Below are positions 36,861 through 42,651 of a stretch of DNA of 42,651 nucleotides, piece after piece. The notes below the pieces were generated by a model. It had not been told where the DNA came from. It saw only the letters and a program-made list of their open reading frames with translations, and searched no databases. Numbering within the stretch: the stretch's first letter is position 1; each line of letters opens with the position of its first letter. Source of the stretch: Actinomycetota bacterium (lineage in GTDB: Bacteria; Actinomycetota; Thermoleophilia; Gaiellales; Gaiellaceae). The stretch is taken from positions 1 through 42,651 of the forward strand of contig JBKPJA010000007.1 of NCBI GenBank assembly GCA_046730515.1, written 5' to 3'. A program made the translations under genes and the position numbers.

Positions 36861-37829
36861 TTAACCCACGACGAACTGGTGAGAGACGATCCGCTCGTCC
36901 CCCAACGAGACCACGACCCCGTGCAGGCGGCCGGTGTTGTACTCCGACCCCGAGTTGAGTGCCAGCGTGCGTCCGATACGCGTCTCCCCTTTCGACTCGT
37001 GGATGTGACCGTGCAGCGCAAGCAGAGGTTGCACCTCCTCGATCAGCTGCCGAACCGCATGACTTCCGACCGGGACGATCACTGGTGCGCCGCCGGCGTA
37101 GCGCGGAGTGAAGTCCGCCTTCAGCTCGGGTGCATGGTCGAGCCTGCTGTCATACGGCGGCACATGCAGGTTGAAGATGGCCCGCGCCGGATCTTCGAGC
37201 TGGTCGGCGAGCCCTTTCAGCCGCCCGTAGAGCGCGTCCTCGTCGAGCTCCCGCGGGCTGTTCCAGGGCGTCGGGTTCGCGTACGAGGACGACAGCATCT
37301 CGTGCGCGCCGACCCGTACGATGCGGTCGTCGCAGAAGACGATCGCCGGTGACGCCGCGAGCAGCTCGTCGACGTACCAGGGATCGTCGTTGCCGGCCAT
37401 TACAAAGAGGTCGGATGCGCCGTTCTTGCGTTGCTCTGCCAGGTCGAGCCAGCGCTGCATCTCGTCGCGCGCGACCTCCGCGAAGAGATCGTCGGTGTCG
37501 GCGCCGCGGTTCGCGATCTCCTCACCGGATGCGATCCAGGGGTAGTAGCCGTTGAATCGGATCGCGCCGACGAGCTCTTCGAGCTCGTCTCCTTCGTGGA
37601 CGACGCGTTTGCTGCCGAGGAACTCCGCCTGGAAGGTGCCGTCGGCCGTCCGCTCGATCGGAACGATCGCCTTGCCGAGCAGGTCGCCGCCCATCACCGC
37701 CGCGTCGACGCCGTAGAACTTCGCCGCGCCGAGAAATTTCCGCCAGAGGAGGTCGGAGCCGTGAATGTCCGACGCGTAGAAGAGCCGCACGCTGGTCGCG
37801 GTCGCTTCCTTTTTGCGCCGGAACGGCAC
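36861..37829 (-). CDS. metallophosphoesterase family protein
   Basis: Has the motifs SDIHGS, GGDL, AGNDD and HGHIHES in the canonical calcineurin-like order. GTG start with GGAAGGGG upstream. Confidence 0.8.
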   Translation of the reverse strand: MPFRRKKEATATSVRLFYASDIHGSDLLWRKFLGAAKFYGVDAAVMGGDLLGKAIVPIERTADGTFQAEFLGSKRVVHEGDELEELVGAIRFNGYYPWIASGEEIANRGADTDDLFAEVARDEMQRWLDLAEQRKNGASDLFVMAGNDDPWYVDELLAASPAIVFCDDRIVRVGAHEMLSSSYANPTPWNSPRELDEDALYGRLKGLADQLEDPARAIFNLHVPPYDSRLDHAPELKADFTPRYAGGAPVIVPVGSHAVRQLIEEVQPLLALHGHIHESKGETRIGRTLALNSGSEYNTGRLHGVVVSLGDERIVSHQFVVG

Positions 37830-37835
37830 TCAGTA

Positions 37836-37886
37836 CCCCTTCCGGCAATAGTCAGTGCATTTCTGGCGGAGCATCACCGGAAGGGG
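37836..37886 (-). promoter_or_regulatory. SD-sequestering hairpin upstream of the metallophosphoesterase gene
   Basis: Perfect 10-bp inverted repeat CCCCTTCCGG (37836-37845) / CCGGAAGGGG (37877-37886) with a 31-nt loop. On the minus-strand RNA the 3' arm contains the SD GGAAGGGG for GTG 37829. The 5' arm starts 2 nt after the NTase stop codon. Confidence 0.45.
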
Positions 37887-37888
37887 CA

Positions 37889-38629
37889 CTAGGTGATCTC
37901 CTCGGGCGTCTCGTACCACTGCACGCGCTCCCCGACGCGCGCGCGCAGCTTCCACTTCGTCGACTTCGGCTCCGCGTCGATTCGCTTGCGCAGATCGTCG
38001 AGGCGCGAAACGACAACGGCTTCGTCCTGCGGCGCGAGCTCGAAGCGCGTTACCGCGCCGCGCGCACGTTCGATGTTCATCGTCGTCGTGCGCCAGAGCC
38101 CCCAGTCGGCCGCGCACAGCTTGGCGATGTAGTCGACGTTGATGCCGTCCTCGTTCGCCGTGAGCTTGTGCCCGTGGAGAAGGTTCATGATGTCTCGTTG
38201 ATCCTTCTCGTTGATTGCGAAGATCTGCAGCTTCGTGAGGAGAAGATCGCCGAGCGGGATCGTCCGCTGCACGACCTCAAGGCGCCGCTCGAGCGGCCAC
38301 ATGTGACACATCTCGAACCGCCCGACGAGGACGTCGACGCGGCGCTCGTTCGTCGTGTCGTAGAAGAGCAGGCGTCGATGGCCGTTCAGGCCGTTGAACT
38401 GCCGGTCGCCTTCGTAACCGAGCGCCTCGAACAGCTTCGCGACATCTGGTCCTTCACCGCGGGCGGTGATGAAGTCGATGTCGTTGTAGGTACGAGCGAG
38501 CAGCGGGCGCTCGTCGAGCGAGACCTCGATCGCAAGGCCGCCGAGCAGACGCAGCCGTACGTCCGTCGCCGCGTCCAACACGCGGAGCGACTCGCGGACG
38601 ATGTCGGCCTCCGGGGTCACGACGCTCAT
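37889..38629 (-). CDS. Pol-beta-superfamily nucleotidyltransferase (Lnu/ANT(2'')-like small-molecule NTase fold)
   Basis: LLGGLAIEV...YNDIDFI fits the hG[GS]...D.D NTase signature, as in lincosamide/aminoglycoside nucleotidyltransferases. ATG 38629 overlaps the TIM-barrel gene stop codon (ATGA). The upstream 244 codons of ORF 37889..39361 were rejected. Confidence 0.65.
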   Translation of the reverse strand: MSVVTPEADIVRESLRVLDAATDVRLRLLGGLAIEVSLDERPLLARTYNDIDFITARGEGPDVAKLFEALGYEGDRQFNGLNGHRRLLFYDTTNERRVDVLVGRFEMCHMWPLERRLEVVQRTIPLGDLLLTKLQIFAINEKDQRDIMNLLHGHKLTANEDGINVDYIAKLCAADWGLWRTTTMNIERARGAVTRFELAPQDEAVVVSRLDDLRKRIDAEPKSTKWKLRARVGERVQWYETPEEIT

Positions 38630-39573
38630 CGAACTTCCACCGGGACGGCGCTGTCCAGCAGGCGGGCAGAGCGTGCAATGCCTGCTTCCAACTCCACCGT
38701 CGGATCTTCGTGCTCGATCGAGATCGACGTGACACCGCGCCCGGCGAGAACATCGAGGAACGCCCGCCACCACGAAGCCTCGTGGCCGCGGCCGACGACG
38801 GCGAACGTCCACGGCGCACCGGACTTCGTCGGTGACCAGCGGTGGTCGAGCAATCCGTTCAGGATCAACTCCTCGTCGTTGAAGACGACGTCCTTTGCGT
38901 GTGCGTGGCCGATCCTCGGGAGTCGCCGCGCGACCGCAAGCGGATCCATTCCCTGCCAGAAGAGGTGGCTCGGATCGAGGTTCGCTGCCACGTTCTCCGA
39001 GATCGCGGCGAGCCGCTCGAACGTCTCGGCGTTGTAGACGCAGGTGCCAGGATGGAGCTCGATGCAGATCTGGAGCTCTGGATGCTCGGCCCGCGCGAAT
39101 ACCGTCAGGTCCGACCAGTATGGAAGCACGAACTCTTCCCACTGCCGATCGTGGACGCCGGCGAGATACGGGAGCCAGCCGCCGCCGTCGAAGTGCGCGG
39201 AGCGATCGCCCGGTGCGCCCGGCGGACACCCCACCATCGCGATCACGCGGTCGACGCCGAGCCGAGCCGCTAGCCGCACCGCGTTCCGGAGGTCGTTGTC
39301 GTGTCGCTGTGCGACTTCGCCGTCCGGATCGAGCGGATTCCCCGACGCGTTCAGCGCCCATACCCGGAAGCCCAGCTGCTCGATCCTTTCGAGCCAGCTG
39401 CGGCCTGCCGTCGCATCGCCGAGGAGCTCGGGAACGTCGCAGTGCGGGGAGCCGCCGAAGCCACCGACGCCGATCTCCAGGTCAGTGATCTGAGGGGCGG
39501 TGGACCGGAGCAGATCGAGGGTGTCGTCGAGGGTTCGGTCGAGGAACGCCTCGAGTACGACACCGAGCCGCAT
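38626..39573 (-). CDS. sugar phosphate isomerase/epimerase (xylose-isomerase-like TIM barrel)
   Basis: 315-aa ORF with an AP_endonuc_2/IolE-like pattern (..IELHPGT.., ..HAHAKD.., ..SIEHED..). Confidence 0.8.
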   Translation of the reverse strand: MRLGVVLEAFLDRTLDDTLDLLRSTAPQITDLEIGVGGFGGSPHCDVPELLGDATAGRSWLERIEQLGFRVWALNASGNPLDPDGEVAQRHDNDLRNAVRLAARLGVDRVIAMVGCPPGAPGDRSAHFDGGGWLPYLAGVHDRQWEEFVLPYWSDLTVFARAEHPELQICIELHPGTCVYNAETFERLAAISENVAANLDPSHLFWQGMDPLAVARRLPRIGHAHAKDVVFNDEELILNGLLDHRWSPTKSGAPWTFAVVGRGHEASWWRAFLDVLAGRGVTSISIEHEDPTVELEAGIARSARLLDSAVPVEVR

Positions 39574-39585
39574 CGCAGGGCGAAC

Positions 39586-39622
39586 GTACCACTATGCGGA
39601 CTGCACGTCTAGATAGTGGAAC
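39586..39622. promoter_or_regulatory. 37-bp conserved element (copy A), candidate operator in a divergent promoter region
   Basis: GTACCACTATGCGGACTGCACGTCTAGATAGTGGAAC is 29/37 identical to the reverse complement of 42524-42560. Its ends form the imperfect dyad GTACCAC / GTGGAAC. Confidence 0.5.
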
Positions 39623-39650
39623 GGGCGGCGGCGGACGTTAGTGTCCGCTC

Positions 39651-40592
39651 GTGACGAGTGACGAGCCCGTACGCGTCGCGCTGCTTGGTGCCGGTCGCAT
39701 GGGGCGGGCGCACCTGGCCGCGCTCGCCGCGGCGCGGGATGCCGAGGCGGCCGCGGTGGTCGAGCCCGTGGAGACGACGCGCGCGCAGCTCCAGGCGGAA
39801 GGGTTTGTCACCTATGAAGCGGTCGGCGAGCTGCTCGACGCCGGCGGCTTCGACGCGGCGCTGATCGCCGCCCCAACCGACCTCCACCTCGAGCTGGTCG
39901 CCACCCTTGCGCGAGCCGGCACTCCGATCTTGTGTGAGAAGCCGTGCGGCCTCAGGCCGGAAGACACCGCCGAGGCGGCGCGGATCGCGGCGGAAGCGCG
40001 CGTTGTGCTGCAAATCGGCTACTGGCGCCGGTTCGTTCCGGACTTGATCGCCCTGCGTGAACGAATCGCCGCCGGGGAGCTCGGCGAGCCGGCGCAGATC
40101 TGGTGTTGGCAGTGGGACGAGCGGCCGCCTTCACCGGCGTTCCGCGCGCGCAGCGGAGGGATCCTGCTGGACATGGGCGTGCACGAGTTCGACCAGATCC
40201 GCTGGCTCACCGGTCAGGAGATCCTCGACGTGTCGGCGGTCGTCGCGACGGTTGTCTCCGAGCCGGCGGTTGCCGGCGATCCCGAATCCGTCGCGGCGGT
40301 TGCACGCCTCTCGGGCGGAGCGGTCGCGACCGTATCGCTCGGCCGCCGCCTGGCGTCCGGCGAAGGATGCTGGGTCGAGGTGATCGGCACGGAAGGACAC
40401 GCGCGCGCGATGTTCGTCTGGGGCGAGGAGGGGCTGCGCGTCATTCAGCGTGCGCTTGTCGCACAACTCGATGCGTTCGCGGCGGCCGTTCGCGGCGCCG
40501 AACCACAGGGTGCGACCGGTGAGGATGCGCTGCGAGCGATCGAGACCGCCGACCGCGCCGCCCACTCGCTCGGCGCAGCGGCCCTGCAATGA
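39651..40592 (+). CDS. Gfo/Idh/MocA family oxidoreductase
   Basis: Has the N-terminal Rossmann motif VALLGAGRMGRAH and the EKP motif (ILCEKPC). GTG start. Confidence 0.85.
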   Translation: MTSDEPVRVALLGAGRMGRAHLAALAAARDAEAAAVVEPVETTRAQLQAEGFVTYEAVGELLDAGGFDAALIAAPTDLHLELVATLARAGTPILCEKPCGLRPEDTAEAARIAAEARVVLQIGYWRRFVPDLIALRERIAAGELGEPAQIWCWQWDERPPSPAFRARSGGILLDMGVHEFDQIRWLTGQEILDVSAVVATVVSEPAVAGDPESVAAVARLSGGAVATVSLGRRLASGEGCWVEVIGTEGHARAMFVWGEEGLRVIQRALVAQLDAFAAAVRGAEPQGATGEDALRAIETADRAAHSLGAAALQ

Positions 40593-41707
40593 ACGACCTT
40601 CCCGACATCGGGATCGGCATTGTCGGATACGGCTTCATGGGCCGTGCCCATGCCTACGGCTACACGGTCGCTCCACACATCCGATCGCTGCCGTGCCGTC
40701 CCCGGCTTCGAGTGATGAGCGGACGCGACGCGGAGGCCGTCGAAGCCGCCGCAAAGCGCTACGGCATCGCCGAATGGACGACCGATTGGCGCGAGGTCGT
40801 CGCGCGCGACGACGTTCAGATCGTCGACGTGTGCACACCGCCCGGGACGCACGCGGAGATCGTCGAAGCGGCGGCCGCGAACGGGAAGGCGGTGCTGTGC
40901 GAGAAGCCGCTTGCGACGAACTACGCGAACGCTTTGGCGGCAGCGCGCGCTGTGGCTGCCGCGCGCGTTCTGAACGTGATCGGTTTCAACTACCGGCGGC
41001 TCCCCGCGGTTGCACTCATGAAGCGGCTCGTCGACGAGGGAAGGGTCGGCGAGATTCTGTTGTGGCGCGGCCTGTGGCTTTCGGACGAGTTCCTCGACCC
41101 GTCGATTCCATTTGACTGGCGGTTCGATCCCGAGCTTGGCGGCTCGACGATCGCGGACCTCGGTGCGCATCTGATCGATCTCGCGCTGTGGATGGTCGGG
41201 GAGGTCGAAGAGGTCGCAGCGCAGTCCGAGACGTTCACGCGGGAACGAAGCGGACGGCGTGTCGACATCGACGACGCATCGTCCGCGTTGCTTCGGTTCG
41301 CAGGCGGCGCGCGCGGGACATTCGAGGTCGGCAAGGTTGCCGCACGCCGTCCGTGCGATTACTTCGTCGAGGTGAACGGAACGCTGGGAACGCTGCGCTT
41401 CGAATATCCGCGGCTGAACGAGCTGTGGTTCGGCGACGCGCGCGAGGACCCGACGGTCTATGGCTTCCATCGCGTCCGCGCAGAGCATCCGACGCATCCA
41501 TATGCGGCCGAGTGGTGGCCGATCGGGCAGGGCGTCGGCTACGGAATGACGTTCGTCGCGCAGGCTGCGGATCTGCTCGAACGCTGGCCCGACGGCCCCT
41601 GGGAACCGGATCTCGCGCACGGCACGCGCGTGCAGGCGGTATGCCAGGCGATCGAGGCCGCGGCCGCCGAGCACCGCTGGATGCGCGTGCTGGAAGCGCT
41701 CGCCTAA
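40589..41707 (+). CDS. Gfo/Idh/MocA family oxidoreductase
   Basis: Has IGIVGYGFMGRAH and VLCEKPL. ATGA overlap with the upstream gene. Confidence 0.85.
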   Translation: MNDLPDIGIGIVGYGFMGRAHAYGYTVAPHIRSLPCRPRLRVMSGRDAEAVEAAAKRYGIAEWTTDWREVVARDDVQIVDVCTPPGTHAEIVEAAAANGKAVLCEKPLATNYANALAAARAVAAARVLNVIGFNYRRLPAVALMKRLVDEGRVGEILLWRGLWLSDEFLDPSIPFDWRFDPELGGSTIADLGAHLIDLALWMVGEVEEVAAQSETFTRERSGRRVDIDDASSALLRFAGGARGTFEVGKVAARRPCDYFVEVNGTLGTLRFEYPRLNELWFGDAREDPTVYGFHRVRAEHPTHPYAAEWWPIGQGVGYGMTFVAQAADLLERWPDGPWEPDLAHGTRVQAVCQAIEAAAAEHRWMRVLEALA

Positions 41708-42507
41708 GCCGTGTAGCCGAGCGCCGTCGAGATCTCGCCCGCGCCGTTGACGAGGAGGGGGACGGCTTCGTCGCGAATCTCATCGAGCAGGAAGTTGCGC
41801 ATGCCGCCGATCGACACGGCCGCGCGGACGCGCCCTGTGTAGTCGAAGATCGGCGCGCCCAACGAGGCAATCCCCGGCGTCACGTCTTCGTCACTGACGG
41901 CGAAGCCGTCTGCAAGCGAGCGCTCGAGCTCCGCGAGGAGCTCCTCGCGTGTGGCAGGGGACTGCTCTGTCATCGCAGCGAGCGGGCTCTGCCGCTCGAC
42001 GTAGGCATCCCATTCCTCCCGCGGCTCCCATGCGAGCAGCGCGCGCGGGCCCGCACCGAGGTGGAGGGGCAACGATCCGCCGAGTCGCAGCGCAAGCGAC
42101 TGCACGCGCAACCCGTCGAGCCGCTCGATGCAGACGGCGTCGTCGCCGCGACGGACGCATAGGAAGACGGTCTCGCCTGTGCGCTCGTGAATGCGCTCCA
42201 TCACCGGCAACGCGGCCTGCCGTTCGTCGAGCCGCTCGATCACCGCGCTCCCGAGCCGGAGCAGGCGCCAGCCGAGCCGGTAGGTACCTGGGCGCGACCC
42301 CGCCTCCACCATGTCGAGCGCCTGCAGCCCTGTCAGCAGCCGGTAGACGGTCGTCCGCGGCTCGTGCAGGACTTCGGAAAGGCGGCGCGGCGTCGCCTCG
42401 CGCTCGTCGGCGAGCGCCTCGAGCAACACGACCGCCTTGGCGAGTGAGCGAACGGGGTTCTCGCGGATGATCGCCTTCGTCGAGCCCGAGATTTCGGCCT
42501 GCGCCAC
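41704..42507 (-). CDS. IclR family transcriptional regulator
   Basis: Has the N-terminal wHTH (VRSLAKAVVLLEALAD...RTTVYRLLTGL) and an IclR effector domain. GTG 42507 chosen as start (GGAGGG 4 nt upstream). Its stop codon overlaps the convergent Gfo gene stop codon. Confidence 0.85.
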   Translation of the reverse strand: MAQAEISGSTKAIIRENPVRSLAKAVVLLEALADEREATPRRLSEVLHEPRTTVYRLLTGLQALDMVEAGSRPGTYRLGWRLLRLGSAVIERLDERQAALPVMERIHERTGETVFLCVRRGDDAVCIERLDGLRVQSLALRLGGSLPLHLGAGPRALLAWEPREEWDAYVERQSPLAAMTEQSPATREELLAELERSLADGFAVSDEDVTPGIASLGAPIFDYTGRVRAAVSIGGMRNFLLDEIRDEAVPLLVNGAGEISTALGYTA

Positions 42508-42523
42508 GTTCCCTCCGTCGCCG

Positions 42524-42560
42524 GTTCCACATCCTAGACACCCAGTCCGCATGTTGGTAC
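42524..42560. promoter_or_regulatory. 37-bp conserved element (copy B, inverted orientation)
   Basis: The reverse complement, GTACCAACATGCGGACTGGGTGTCTAGGATGTGGAAC, matches copy A at 29/37 positions. It lies between the iclR start (42507) and a plus-strand ATG at 42575. Confidence 0.5.
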
Positions 42561-42574
42561 TGTCGCCGCACCCC

Positions 42575-42651
42575 ATGGCGGTGACGGCAACAGCGGCCTC
42601 ACGCCCATCCGGGGCGGAGTCGCGCGGCGCCGGGATCGAGCTGCGCGGGGT
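42575..42651 (+). CDS. possible 5' end of an ABC transporter ATP-binding protein (3'-truncated)
   Basis: The frame MAVTATAASRPSGAESRGAGIELRG is open to the window edge. The IELRG ending resembles the first beta-strand of sugar-type ABC ATPases. Only 25 codons are visible. Confidence 0.3.
   Translation, partial: MAVTATAASRPSGAESRGAGIELRG

Noticed and set aside
38630-39361. Upstream 244 codons of ORF 37889..39361, which would give a 490-aa protein.
   Set aside because: This part overlaps the TIM-barrel gene in another frame and is Arg/Pro-rich. The NTase-like sequence begins at ATG 38629, which forms an ATGA overlap with the TIM-barrel stop codon.
34603-42651. Genomic island integrated at tRNA-Ala (accessory genes begin right after the tRNA).
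   Set aside because: I could find no integrase, recombinase or transposase, and by eye no direct repeat of the tRNA 3' end. GC content and codon bias look native. A computational att-repeat search would be needed before making this claim.

Overview
High-GC (roughly 70%) bacterial chromosomal segment with an Actinomycetota-like backbone; the exact taxon cannot be determined from this window. Most of it is conserved housekeeping in long plus-strand blocks with abutting or overlapping start and stop codons. These blocks are tig-clpP-clpX; valS-folC-(two small membrane ORFs)-ndk-(two methyltransferases)-maf-mreB-mreC-mreD-mrdA-rodA; and rne-rplU-rpmA-obg-(phosphoesterase)-nadD-rsfS. There are two tRNAs, Leu-TAG and Ala-GGC. 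From memory, this order matches the mycobacterial tig...clpX...valS-folC-ndk-rne-rplU-rpmA-obg...nadD-rsfS backbone, which makes the remaining genes look like inserts. Accessory content falls in three places. (i) The left edge carries a puu-like set: amidotransferase, VOC protein, aldehyde dehydrogenase, SDR. (ii) Between clpX and valS lies an LLM oxidoreductase followed by a 1020-codon single-frame fusion of a complete multicopper oxidase, an extra blue-copper loop, a Met-rich linker and a complete galactose/glyoxal-oxidase-type copper radical oxidase. A GGT-like gene and a GMC oxidase run divergently from this pair. (iii) Downstream of tRNA-Ala lies an orphan, split nitrile-hydratase-beta-like pair whose start codon abuts the tRNA 3' end. 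It is followed by a 4-gene minus-strand operon (TIM-barrel isomerase, Pol-beta-type nucleotidyltransferase, metallophosphoesterase, APC permease), two Gfo/Idh/MocA oxidoreductases and an IclR regulator. Two divergent promoter regions in this locus share a 37-bp element (29/37 identical). I found no CRISPR array, transposase, integrase, rRNA, or recognisable phage or defence genes. The best candidates for something undescribed are the MCO-CRO fusion oxidase and the IclR-bracketed locus. All functional calls rest on motifs read by eye and need HMM or BLAST confirmation.
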